Assembly: GCA_963767925.1 (NCBI GenBank)
Contig: CAVYGB010000010.1
Coordinates: 1,664,001-1,728,000 of the forward strand
Direction: 5' to 3'
Source: an uncultured delta proteobacterium
Lineage (GTDB): Bacteria > Myxococcota_A > Polyangia > Fen-1088
DNA: 64,000 bases
The stretch's first letter is position 1. Each line of letters begins with the position of its first letter. Positions 55,163 through 64,000 of this stretch are shown piece after piece. A program made the position numbers and the translations under genes. Below the pieces are notes generated by a model, which was given only the letters and a program-made list of their open reading frames with translations, ran no database searches and was not told where the DNA came from.

Positions 55163-56278
55163 ATGAGCATGAGCCAGCCTGGTTCTGCCACGGCGCGCCC
55201 ACTCTATTTCGTGAACGCGCCGGTCGACTTCGCGTTCATCGGCGGGCTCTCGATCCTGACCTTCCTGGTGTTCTACTTCCTGGGGGCCGGGCGCGCGCAG
55301 CCGATGGGCCGGGAGACAACGCTTGTCGCGGCGGCGGCCCTGGCCTGGGTCATCAACTGGCCCCACTTCTCGGCGACCAGCTATCGCCTCTACCACACGC
55401 GCAGCAATCTCGATCAGTACCCGGTCACCGCGCTGGTCATCCCGGTGCTGCTCACGGTGACGGTGGTGGGCGCGTTCCTGTCGCCGCAGGGGGTGGCGCC
55501 CTGGCTGGTGAAGATGTTCGTGATCTGGTCGCCCTATCATTTCAGCGGGCAGACCCTCGGCATCTCCCTCATCTACGCGCGGCGGGCAGGCATCCGGATC
55601 GGGCGCTGGGAGCGGCTGGCGCTGTCGGGGTTCATCTTCTCCACCTTCCTGGTGCAGACCGCGGTGACCGAGGCCGGTCAGGGACTGGGCAGCTTCTACA
55701 CGGTGTCGTACCCGACGCTGGGGCTGCCGGGCTGGGTGCCGGACCTCCTGCGGATCTGGATGTGGGCCTGCGCGGCGGCGGTTGTCTTCTTCTACGTGCG
55801 CTGGAGCCGGCAGGCGGGTCGGCTGGCGCCGCCGATCCTGCTGCTGCCGGCGGTGGCGCAGTTCGTGTGGTTCGGACTGGGCTGGAGGGTGCCGGCCTTC
55901 AACGAGTTCGTGCCCTTCTTCCATGCGCTGCAATACATGCTGATCGCCTGGGTCATGCAGGTGGGCGAGACGCTGACCGCGAAGGCCCCGGCCGACCGGC
56001 GGCGGTTCGTTGTCGGCGAGAGCCTGCGCTGGGGCGCCTTCAACCTGGTGGGGGGCATCGTGCTGTTCTGGCTGCTGCCCCGGGCCGGGCAGATGGGTGG
56101 GTTCACCTTGCCCTTCGCCACCGCGGTCGTGATCTCGGCGGTGCAGATCCACCACTTCTTCGTCGACGGCGTGATCTGGAAGCTGCGCAACCCCAAGGTG
56201 GCCTCGCCGCTGCTGTCCAGCGTGAGGGGCCTCATCTCCGGGCCCCCGCCCGCGCCGGTCGCGATCAAGGCAGCCTGA
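55163..56278 (+). CDS. Polytopic membrane protein with four His-containing motifs
   Basis: About 9-10 TM segments; NWPHFSAT, WSPYHFSGQ, FFHALQY, IHHFFVDGVIWK. Confidence 0.82.
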   Translation: MSMSQPGSATARPLYFVNAPVDFAFIGGLSILTFLVFYFLGAGRAQPMGRETTLVAAAALAWVINWPHFSATSYRLYHTRSNLDQYPVTALVIPVLLTVTVVGAFLSPQGVAPWLVKMFVIWSPYHFSGQTLGISLIYARRAGIRIGRWERLALSGFIFSTFLVQTAVTEAGQGLGSFYTVSYPTLGLPGWVPDLLRIWMWACAAAVVFFYVRWSRQAGRLAPPILLLPAVAQFVWFGLGWRVPAFNEFVPFFHALQYMLIAWVMQVGETLTAKAPADRRRFVVGESLRWGAFNLVGGIVLFWLLPRAGQMGGFTLPFATAVVISAVQIHHFFVDGVIWKLRNPKVASPLLSSVRGLISGPPPAPVAIKAA

Positions 56279-56294
56279 GGTGGGCCTTCGATCG

Positions 56295-57263
56295 ATGAGA
56301 CGGGTCGGCTGGCTGGCGCTCGGCCTGCTGGTCGTGGGGGTGCTCCCGGCGATGGTCCACGCGCAGCAGGCCGCGCGCCCGAGCCCCCGGCTGGGCGACG
56401 AGCGCATCTTGCTCCGGACCAACCGGGGCGACCTGGTGCTGGCCCTCTATCCCGACGCCGCCCCCCGCACCAGCGCCCAGATCCTGCGGCTGGTCCGGCT
56501 GGGGGTCTACGACTCCACCTGGTTCCACCGGGTCGAGCCGGGCTTCGTCGTCCAGCTCACCAACGCCGAGAACCGCAAGCAGCCGCTGTCGCCCGAGCAA
56601 CGCCAGGCGATCGTCAAGCTGCCGGCCGAGCTGTCGGCGCTGCCCCACCGGGCGGGCGTGCTGTCGATGGCCCGCCAGAACGACGACCTGAACAGCGCCG
56701 AGACGTCGTTCTCGATCCTGCTCGGCCCGGCGCCCCACCTCGACGGCAAATACACGGTCTTCGGCCAGGTCGAGTGGGGCCAGCCGCTGCTCGGCTTCGT
56801 CGCGGCCGAGCCGCGCACCGACAAGAACGCGCCGGTGCACGAGCTGGTCGTCGAGTCGGCGGTGGTGAAGACCGACGCGGAGATCGCCGCCCTGATCCGC
56901 GCCGGGGAGCTGCGCCGGGCCAGCCCCCTGCCGGAGGCAGCCCCGGGCTCCGGGCGGGTCGAGCGAGCGCCCGAGCTGTCCGGGGGGCTGTCGACCCTGG
57001 CCCTGGTGGCCGTCATCTTGATGCTGCTGTGCAACCTGGTAGCGTTCCTGTTCGGCAACCGCTGGCCGCCGCAGACGCGGGGGGCCCTCAACCTGCTGCC
57101 CGTGTTGATCGGGTTCTTCCTGCTGCTGTCGGAGCTGGGGCCGCGGGCGGCGCGGGTCCCCTTGCTCGGGGTGGCCCTCTTCTTCGGGGTCGTGGGGCTG
57201 TTCAAGCTCATGAACCGCTTCGAGAGCGCACCCCCGCCGAGCGATTGGCCCGCCGCCAAGTGA
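56295..57263 (+). CDS. Cyclophilin-type peptidyl-prolyl isomerase with C-terminal TM helices
   Basis: LYPDAAPRT, YDSTWFHRVEPGFVVQ, HRAGVLSMAR, SFSI, PHLDGKYTVFGQV; signal peptide and 3 TM segments. Confidence 0.9.
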   Translation: MRRVGWLALGLLVVGVLPAMVHAQQAARPSPRLGDERILLRTNRGDLVLALYPDAAPRTSAQILRLVRLGVYDSTWFHRVEPGFVVQLTNAENRKQPLSPEQRQAIVKLPAELSALPHRAGVLSMARQNDDLNSAETSFSILLGPAPHLDGKYTVFGQVEWGQPLLGFVAAEPRTDKNAPVHELVVESAVVKTDAEIAALIRAGELRRASPLPEAAPGSGRVERAPELSGGLSTLALVAVILMLLCNLVAFLFGNRWPPQTRGALNLLPVLIGFFLLLSELGPRAARVPLLGVALFFGVVGLFKLMNRFESAPPPSDWPAAK

Positions 57264-57300
57264 GGCCGATGCGCCGGGCTCGGCTGCGCACGGCGGGGGC

Positions 57301-57909
57301 CTACTGGACGGCCGGCTGGAGCAGGGCGGGCGCCACCTGGACGGTGAACCCCTCGGCCTGCTGCTCGTAGACGTTGCCTTCGTAGGAGAAGCCGGCCTCG
57401 GCCCAGCCCCGGCAATAGCCGCGGAAGAAGTCCCGCCCGCTGGCCTGGTCCCGCTCGTATTGCCAGGCGTGGAACAGCTCGTGCGCCAGGGTGACGAGCT
57501 GGCCGTCCCAGCCTTCGTTCAGCGGCGCCGTCAGGAAGATGTCGCGCCCGAAGGTCTGGCCGGAGAAGCCCCAGGACAGCCGCTCGCCGCTCACGAAGGT
57601 CTCCCCGGCCAGCAGCGCGCCGTAGTGGATCGCCACCCGGTCGACGAGGTCCCCGAAGAACGGGCGCAGCCGGTGCTTCTGGTACGCGGTGAGCGCCTGG
57701 CCGGGGCCGTTGGCGAGGTGCACCTGGGCCGAGGCGCTGACCGCCGCCGTCCGGCAGGTCTCGGTGGCCGCCGCGCAGGTCGCCACCTGGGCGAGGCAGT
57801 CGGCCTGATACCAGCGGCAGCGCGCTTCACAGGTCAAGGCCTCCGCCGGCGCGGCCCGCAGGGCCAGGGCACACAACATGGCCGGGAGGAGCAAGAGCAG
57901 CTTCTTCAT
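57301..57909 (-). CDS. Secreted DUF4157-like (HExxH) protein
   Basis: AGGAG SD, signal peptide, Cys-rich N-terminus, GQTFGRDIF, LAHELFHAWQY, YEQQA. Confidence 0.78.
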   Translation of the reverse strand: MKKLLLLLPAMLCALALRAAPAEALTCEARCRWYQADCLAQVATCAAATETCRTAAVSASAQVHLANGPGQALTAYQKHRLRPFFGDLVDRVAIHYGALLAGETFVSGERLSWGFSGQTFGRDIFLTAPLNEGWDGQLVTLAHELFHAWQYERDQASGRDFFRGYCRGWAEAGFSYEGNVYEQQAEGFTVQVAPALLQPAVQ

Positions 57910-58134
57910 GGTGTCTCCTTGTGAGGCGCTCACCGCCTCGCTGGCCAGGTTCAATCGACCGACCCGCTGCCAACCCTAGTTGCGATCGGGCGCCACCTCC
58001 CTGACCCTGGCCGGACTGGATCGTGAGTACAATGCCGTGTCGGGCTCAGCGTCAAGCTCTCTCTGCGGCCGCCGGACGCCGGATGCTTCCGCGGCCCGGA
58101 CCGCCCGGGCGGTCACCGGACGGGACACCCCCGG

Positions 58135-58929
58135 TCAGGTGGCGAGCGCCGCCTCGAAGGCCTCGACGAGGCCGCCGGCGTCGACGTGGCCCACGCACAG
58201 CCGGGCGAGGCGCTGCACCTCGGGCTCGGCGTTGCCCATCGCCACCGGAAAGCCGACGACCCGCAGAGCGGCGGCGTCGTTGTCGGCGTCCCCCACGAAC
58301 ATCACGTCGGCCAGGGGCAGGTCGTAGGCGGCGGCGACGGTCCGCACGCCGCTGGCCTTGCTGACCCCGAGGGGCGTGAAGTTGACGAAGGTCGCCTCGG
58401 GCATGACCGGCGAGGTGGAGGAGGACACCTCGAGCCCGGGATGGGGCTCGCGCAGGACCAGGGCGGCGTCGGCCCGGGTCAGCACCCACTGGGCCCGCAC
58501 GACCGGCCAGGCGATCGCCTCGTACGGGCGGGGTGAAAACGGGACGCCGAGCAACCCGGCGTGGTCGCGGGCGAGGTCGCCGGTGCTCTCGACGGCGTAG
58601 TCCGTGTCCCCGTACAGCTCGAGCGCGCGGCCGGTCTCGCGGGCCCGCGCGATGAGCGAGGCGAGGACCTCGGGCGCCAGCCGGGCCGAGCGCGACGTCC
58701 GATCGGGCAGGTGCACGACGCTGGCCCCGTTCTGGAAGATGTGCCACCCCTGCGGGTCGAGGCGGGCGGCGTACTCCGCCGTCACGCCGAACCCGGGGCG
58801 GCCCGAGCTGATGGCGAGGCGCACCCCCCGGTTACGCACCCGCTCGGCCGCGCTCCAGACCGCGGGCAAGACGGTGTTCGACGTGCCAACCAGGGTGCCG
58901 TCCACGTCGACGCAGATGAGGCCGATCAC
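58135..58929 (-). CDS. Cof-type HAD-IIB family hydrolase
   Basis: DVDGTL, SSGRP, QNGA, GVSKA, VGDADND, VAMGNA. Confidence 0.93.
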   Translation of the reverse strand: MIGLICVDVDGTLVGTSNTVLPAVWSAAERVRNRGVRLAISSGRPGFGVTAEYAARLDPQGWHIFQNGASVVHLPDRTSRSARLAPEVLASLIARARETGRALELYGDTDYAVESTGDLARDHAGLLGVPFSPRPYEAIAWPVVRAQWVLTRADAALVLREPHPGLEVSSSTSPVMPEATFVNFTPLGVSKASGVRTVAAAYDLPLADVMFVGDADNDAAALRVVGFPVAMGNAEPEVQRLARLCVGHVDAGGLVEAFEAALAT

Positions 58930-59207
58930 CGGGCGAGCATAGCGGCGCCGGCCGCCGGCCGCGACGCCGCTCGCCCATCGCTGAAAGAAAAAAGAGACGG
59001 CCCCCGCCGGGGGCGGCAGACGCCCCTCGAAGGGCTCGATCAGGCTGCCCCCGTCGCCGTCCCGCAGAAGCAGTCGAAGGGGTCGTTCCCGGCGCAGTGG
59101 TCGTCGAGCCGGCCTTCGACTGCGAGAGGACGGCCTTCGTTTTTCGGAGGTTTCGGGTCAGTCCTGACGCGATTTGCAGAAGCGAAACCAGCGGGTAGCA
59201 TTTCCCG

Positions 59208-61622
59208 ATGTCCTCGTGGCTCCCGTGGGTCCTGGCGGCTTCCTGGGTCGCGTCAGCGGGCTGCACGCGCCCGCCCCAACCGGGGCCGGCGGCGCCCCTC
59301 CTGGCGTCGGCCGCGGGGGCGCCGTTCGCCCAGCCCGCCAGCAGCGCGCCCGCCGCGTCGGGCGTGCCATCGGTCGATCCGGAGCGCTTCAGCGCCCTGC
59401 TGATCAACGGGGGCGGCTCGCCCGATCAGAACTACCAGTCGCACCTGCTGCACGTGCAGGAGCTGACCCGGCTGCTGGTCCAGGGGGGGTTGCCGCGCTC
59501 GCGCATCACCATCCTCGCCAGCGACGGCGCCGATCCCGGCCGCGATCTGGCGGTGCGCGCGGTGCAGCCGGAGCGGGAGTTCTGGCAGCTCGAGGGGACC
59601 CCCTTCGAGGACCACCTGCGCACGCCCATCGAGCTGGCCAACTCCCGGGTGCCGGACATGGCGCTGCTGCCGGCCACCGAGGAGGCGCTCGGGCGCTGGT
59701 TCACCACCACCGGCAGCAAGCTGCGCGCGGGCGACACCCTCCTGCTCTACGTGACCGACCACGGCACCCCCGACCCCCGGCAGGCCCGGGCGGGGGCGAA
59801 CGAGGCCGGGCCCCGCCCCGCCTGGAACAACCGCATCTCGATGTGGGGTCGGGGCGCCCACCTCACCGTCGACGAGCTGGCGGCCTTGCTGGGCCGGCTC
59901 GACAAGGGCGTGCGGGTCGTGGCGCTGATGTCCCAGTGTTTCTCCGGGGGCTTCGCCCGCCTCCACCAGAGCCGCCCGCCCGGCGGGGGCGGCGGTGGGT
60001 TCTGCGGGTACTTCTCCTCGACGGCCGACCGACCGGCGTACGGCTGTTACCCCGAGAACATGGACAAGAACAACGTCGGCCACTCGTTCCACTTCTTCGA
60101 CGAGCTGGCCCGCGGCCGGTCGCTCGACGCCGCCCACCAGGAGGTGTTGACCACCGACCGCACCCCCGACGTCCCCCTGCGCACCTCGGACGTCTTTCTC
60201 CAGGAGGTGCTGGCCCGCGCCGCCGCCGCCGCCCGGCAGCCGCTGGCCGCCTTCACCGATCAGCTCCTGGTGGAGGCCTGGAAGGACCGCAAGGCCTGGG
60301 AGCCCGACCTCCGCCTGCTCGACCGGGTGGGCGCCACCTTCGGGATGTGGAGCCCGCGCAGCTTCGCCGAGCTCGACGAGCAGGCGGGGGACCTGCCCAC
60401 CTTCGCCCAGACCATCTCCGAGCTGAAGGAGGCCTGGGCCGATGGCCTGTCGGACGTGAACGTCGCCCGGCTGGGCCGCCTGGGCGAGATGCAGCCGCAG
60501 TGGCAGGTCCGCCTCAGCCCCGACCGCCTCACCACCTTGCCCGAGCGGGAGCGGCGGGCGCTCACGGGCGAGCTGCTGGCCGCCCTGGAGAAGCTCGAGC
60601 TCGGCCGGGATCGGCTGACCGCCCTGCACGAGCGGAGCACCCTGACCTCGGCCATCGACTACCGGATGGAGGTGCGCACGGGGGTGCTGCTGCGGCTGCG
60701 CACCTTGCTCGAGGGGGTCGCCGGCCGGGTCCTGCTGGCCCGCCCCGGGCGGGAGAAGGAGCGCCAGGCCTACCTCGATCTGCTGGCCTGCGAGGCCTTG
60801 CGCCTGCCGGGCACGCCCGCCGCCGCCCCCGCGCAGGTGGCCGCCCGCGAGCCCTTCCCCTCCTTCCAGGACGACGTGAAGCTGGCCCGGACGGTGGTCC
60901 CCACCTTCATCGGCATCCGCTTCGAGGGGACCAACGGTGTCCAGCAGAAGAAGTTCGGTCTGCCGCGCGGCTCGGCGCTCATCCAGAACGTGTTCCCCGG
61001 CTCACCGGCGCAGAAGGCGGGGCTGTTGCCCGGCGACGTCATCGTCGGCCTGCCGGGCCGGCCCTTCGACATGTACAACGAGGTGCGGATCTGGACCTAC
61101 TTCGCGGCGGCCGGCACGCCCCAGACCCTGGAGGTGCTCCGCGACGGGGATCGCCAGCAGGTCACGATCGTCCCCCAGCCCCGGCCGGGCCAGCTCCCCT
61201 CCTTGCCCGAGCCGACCCGGGCCGGCCAGCCCGCGCAGTCGCTCTCGGTGGCGCCCTTCCGGGGCCAGGTCCCGGCCAAGCTCGACGGCGGGTCCCCGCA
61301 TCTGCTGCTGTTCTGGGCGACCTGGTGCGGCCCCTGCAAGGCCTCCTTGCCCGAGGTGATGGCCTTCTCCCGGGCCCGGGGCATCCCGGTGGTGGCGATC
61401 ACCGACGAGTCGCCCGAACAGGTGCGCGATTTCCTGGCGGGCTGGAAGAAGCCCTTCCCCGAAAACGTCGCCCTCGACGAGCTCCGCCGGACCTTCATCC
61501 GCTACGGCGTGAGCGGGGTGCCCACCTTCGTGATGGTGGACGGCACCGGCAAGGTGGAGAGCCACGTCTCCGGCTACGGCGCCCAGGGGATCGGGGTGCC
61601 CGGCTGGCGCTTCAAGCCGTGA
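59208..61622 (+). CDS. Lipoprotein fusion: clan CD (C13/legumain-like) peptidase + PDZ + TlpA-like thioredoxin
   Basis: Signal ending ASAGC; ALLINGG, LLLYVTDHG, MSQCFSGGF (His/Cys dyad); FIGI..VFPGSPAQKAGLLPGDVI (PDZ); FWATWCGPCK..GVPTF (Trx). Confidence 0.82.
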   Translation: MSSWLPWVLAASWVASAGCTRPPQPGPAAPLLASAAGAPFAQPASSAPAASGVPSVDPERFSALLINGGGSPDQNYQSHLLHVQELTRLLVQGGLPRSRITILASDGADPGRDLAVRAVQPEREFWQLEGTPFEDHLRTPIELANSRVPDMALLPATEEALGRWFTTTGSKLRAGDTLLLYVTDHGTPDPRQARAGANEAGPRPAWNNRISMWGRGAHLTVDELAALLGRLDKGVRVVALMSQCFSGGFARLHQSRPPGGGGGGFCGYFSSTADRPAYGCYPENMDKNNVGHSFHFFDELARGRSLDAAHQEVLTTDRTPDVPLRTSDVFLQEVLARAAAAARQPLAAFTDQLLVEAWKDRKAWEPDLRLLDRVGATFGMWSPRSFAELDEQAGDLPTFAQTISELKEAWADGLSDVNVARLGRLGEMQPQWQVRLSPDRLTTLPERERRALTGELLAALEKLELGRDRLTALHERSTLTSAIDYRMEVRTGVLLRLRTLLEGVAGRVLLARPGREKERQAYLDLLACEALRLPGTPAAAPAQVAAREPFPSFQDDVKLARTVVPTFIGIRFEGTNGVQQKKFGLPRGSALIQNVFPGSPAQKAGLLPGDVIVGLPGRPFDMYNEVRIWTYFAAAGTPQTLEVLRDGDRQQVTIVPQPRPGQLPSLPEPTRAGQPAQSLSVAPFRGQVPAKLDGGSPHLLLFWATWCGPCKASLPEVMAFSRARGIPVVAITDESPEQVRDFLAGWKKPFPENVALDELRRTFIRYGVSGVPTFVMVDGTGKVESHVSGYGAQGIGVPGWRFKP

Positions 61623-61691
61623 GGTCGCGGAAAACGAGCGGCTGACCGGGCGCGACCCATCTTGAACGGCATGTCTGCAACGGGGGGATCC

Positions 61692-62537
61692 ATGGAACGC
61701 CGGTCCTTCGCCCGGTTGGCCACCGAGGTGTCGGTGATCGGACAGGGCACCTGGGAGGTCGAAAACGACGATCACACGTCCGTGGTGGCGGCCCTGCAGC
61801 GGGGCCTCGATCTCGGCATGAATCACATCGACACCGCCGAGATGTACGGCCGGGGCGTGTCCGAGCAGCTCGTCGGCGCCGCCATCGCCGGCCGGCGCGA
61901 CGGGGTCTTCCTGGTCTCCAAGGTGCTGCCGGAGAACGCTTCCCGGCGCGGCACCGTCGAGGCCTGCGAGCGGTCGCTGGCCCGGCTGGGCACCGATCGG
62001 CTGGATTGCTACCTGCTGCACTGGCGGGGCCGCCACCCCCTCGAGGAGACCATCGCCGGCTTCGAGCAGCTCGTGCGCGACGGGAAGATCCGGAGCTGGG
62101 GGGTGAGCAACTTCGACAGCGACGACCTCGACGAGGCGCTGGAGATCGCCGGGGCTGGCCGCATGGTCTGCAACCAGGTGCTGTACCACCTGCGCGAGCG
62201 GGGCATCGAGCACCGGGTGGTGCCCTGGTGCGAGGCGAACGGGGTGGCGGTGGTGGGGTACAGTCCGTTCGGGCACGGCGACTTTCCCGCGGCCGGCAGC
62301 CCGGGGGGCAGGGTGCTCGAGGAGATCGCGCGGGCCAGGGGGGGCACGGCCCGGCAGGTGGCGCTGCGCTTCCTCACGCGGCGGGCGTCGCTGTTCGCGA
62401 TCCCGAAGTCGTCTTCGCGGAGGCACACCGAGGAGAATGCGGGGGCGGGGGGGGTTGCGTTGACGGCGGAGGAGGTGGCCCGGATCGACGGGGCTTTTCC
62501 GCTCGGGCGCCCGCCGGCGGAGTTGCCGATGTTGTGA
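61692..62537 (+). CDS. Aldo/keto reductase
   Basis: IGQGTW, IDTAEMYG, FLVSKVLP, LDCYLLHW, GKIRSWGVSNF, NQVLY, YSPFG, AIPK. Confidence 0.95.
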   Translation: MERRSFARLATEVSVIGQGTWEVENDDHTSVVAALQRGLDLGMNHIDTAEMYGRGVSEQLVGAAIAGRRDGVFLVSKVLPENASRRGTVEACERSLARLGTDRLDCYLLHWRGRHPLEETIAGFEQLVRDGKIRSWGVSNFDSDDLDEALEIAGAGRMVCNQVLYHLRERGIEHRVVPWCEANGVAVVGYSPFGHGDFPAAGSPGGRVLEEIARARGGTARQVALRFLTRRASLFAIPKSSSRRHTEENAGAGGVALTAEEVARIDGAFPLGRPPAELPML

Positions 62538-62556
62538 CGGGGGCGGACGCCGAAGA

Positions 62557-62609
62557 CCCCTCACCCCTCACTCTCCCCGCTGCCGCGGGGCGAGGGCGAA
62601 CAATCAGCG
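62557..62609 (+). repeat. REP-like palindromic element, CCCCTCACCC family (copy 3, diverged)
   Basis: cccctcacccctcactctccccgctgccgcggggcgagggcgaacaatcagcg. Confidence 0.7.
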
Positions 62610-62819
62610 AGATGCCACGATCCTTGTTCGAGGGGGAGAGCCGCGGTGGATTCGTCCGAGGGCTCGGCTTCCCCGCTGCCCGTTCGCCCTCGCCCCGCGA
62701 AGCGGGGAGAGTCTTCGTGACGCCGGAGACGGCCTCACCCCCACGGACGGAAATGGTGAGATCAGTGATCTCGAGCGGTTACGGCCCGATTTCCATAGCA
62801 GGGGTCTTCGGGCGACTGG

Positions 62820-62976
62820 TCCCCTGGAACGGTGAAGGCTTGCATATGTCGGCGAGGCATCTTCGTTCCTGGCAAGGCGCGAGGAGGGCGAATACCGGGC
62901 GTATTTAACCGACGAGCAACGCAGCCAGGGACGAAGAGGACCGGCGAGATACGCAAGAAATCACCGTTCCAGGGGA
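62820..62976. mobile_element. MITE-like element A, second copy (inverted)
   Basis: Reverse complement of 32042-32198 with 2 substitutions; flanked by CTGG (62816-62819) and CTAG (62977-62980). Confidence 0.9.
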
Positions 62977-64000
62977 CTAGGGCGGCGGGCAGGGGGTGGC
63001 GGGGGGGTGGGGGATGGCTTCCAGGAGGAGGTGGCGGTCGAAGCGGATCGGGAGATCGGCGGTGGGGCCCTCGATGGGGCCCAGGGGGTTGCCGGCGACG
63101 TAGTCGGTGAGGCAGTAGGTGCGGGGTTCGAGGCCGCGGAGCTGGACCTTGCCGGCGAAGTGGCGGGCGTAAAAGGCGTAATACAGGCGGCCGTCCTTGC
63201 GGATGGCGTGGGTCTCGGGGCGATCGTAGCCGATGTCGTAGAGGGTGCCGAGGTAGTCGCCCGAGGGCAGCAGGCGGGCGTTGTAGAGGGCGGCCCATTT
63301 GCGCCACAGCTCCTCCCGGGCGGGGGTGAGCTGGTACTTCTTCTCCGAGGGGCCGTTGCCGGGCAGGGTGAACTGGGTGCCGATCACGCCGCCCACCCCC
63401 ACGGTGGAGGCGAAGTCGACGCCCCCCTCGCTCAGCTCGACGTGGTCCCCGAAATAAGGCACCCGCGGGCCCATCAGCGCCTTCAGGGTCTTGCCCTTCG
63501 AGCGCACCTGCCAGGAGCTCTCCGGGTCCGAGGCGGCTGGCATGTTGAAAAACGGCATGCTGTGAAAGGCGTAGCCGGTCCCGCAGGGGCACAGCTCGAC
63601 CAGGGCCGCCGGCTCGTGGCTGCGGGCGGTGTCGAAGATGAGCTGGAACAGCTCGGGCAGCTTCTCGAACGAATCGTTGGGGCTGGCGTGGCCGTGGGCC
63701 GGGTTGTAACAGGGAGGCGCGCCGTTGAGGTGCTGGCCGTCGAGCTTGAGGCCGTCGTAGCCCCAGGTCCGGAGCATCTTCGTGACCAGCTCCTGGGTGT
63801 GGCGCTTGACGGGCGCGTAGGCCGGGCACAGGTAGTGCGCGTCCCACCAGGTGATCTTCTGCGGCTTGCCGTCCTTGCCCAGCAGCAGGTACTCCGGGTG
63901 CTGGCGGGCGAGATCGGTGCCGGGGTCGACGGCCAGCGGCGCCCACCACAACATGGGCCGCAGCTTGGCGGCGCGGATGCGATCGGTGAGGGCGCGCATG
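62977..64000 (-). CDS. Alpha-galactosidase-like glycoside hydrolase (GH36), 5' end outside the window
   Basis: LWWAPL, HPEYLL, WGYDGLKLDG (nucleophile region), VELCPCG, YDIGYDRPE. Confidence 0.8.
   Translation of the reverse strand, partial: MRALTDRIRAAKLRPMLWWAPLAVDPGTDLARQHPEYLLLGKDGKPQKITWWDAHYLCPAYAPVKRHTQELVTKMLRTWGYDGLKLDGQHLNGAPPCYNPAHGHASPNDSFEKLPELFQLIFDTARSHEPAALVELCPCGTGYAFHSMPFFNMPAASDPESSWQVRSKGKTLKALMGPRVPYFGDHVELSEGGVDFASTVGVGGVIGTQFTLPGNGPSEKKYQLTPAREELWRKWAALYNARLLPSGDYLGTLYDIGYDRPETHAIRKDGRLYYAFYARHFAGKVQLRGLEPRTYCLTDYVAGNPLGPIEGPTADLPIRFDRHLLLEAIPHPPATPCPPP

Noticed and set aside
59040..59135. Minus-strand Cys-rich peptide (..HCAGNDPFDCFCGTATGAA*)
   Set aside because: No convincing start or RBS; at most a tiny remnant of a Cys-rich protein.

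Overview
High-GC bacterial chromosomal window, most likely from a myxobacterium (Myxococcota). This is inferred from the Cys-rich lipoproteins, the eukaryote-like Ser/Thr kinase and the gene content. Core genes: pgk, murB, dprA-topA, LysM/cpoB, sppA, ccsA-hemA-hemC, trxA, dksA-like, clpX, pdxA, glmS and ilvBN. These are interleaved with accessory secreted or lipoprotein genes and several gene remnants. Many frameshifts in housekeeping genes (topA, clpX, ilvB) suggest uncorrected long-read indels. The most notable signals are non-coding. (1) A sigma70-type promoter drives a ~125-nt structured leader upstream of an ankyrin-repeat gene; the leader has an SD-sequestering hairpin and a potential loop-loop kissing interaction. 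(2) Two different 157-bp CTAG-flanked palindromic MITE-like elements share a central core and sit in tandem inside a host repeat whose empty copy is also in the window; a second, near-identical copy of one element lies 30 kb away. (3) A group II intron 3' remnant abuts IS256 and IS5 fragments. (4) There is a 52-bp tandem hairpin array and a G-rich 9-mer array. Unusual proteins include a lipoprotein PEP-synthase-like domain, a GT11-like/GT4 fusion, a clan CD protease-PDZ-thioredoxin fusion and a TopA with a histone-like N-terminal tail. All calls come from reading motifs by eye; no searches were run.
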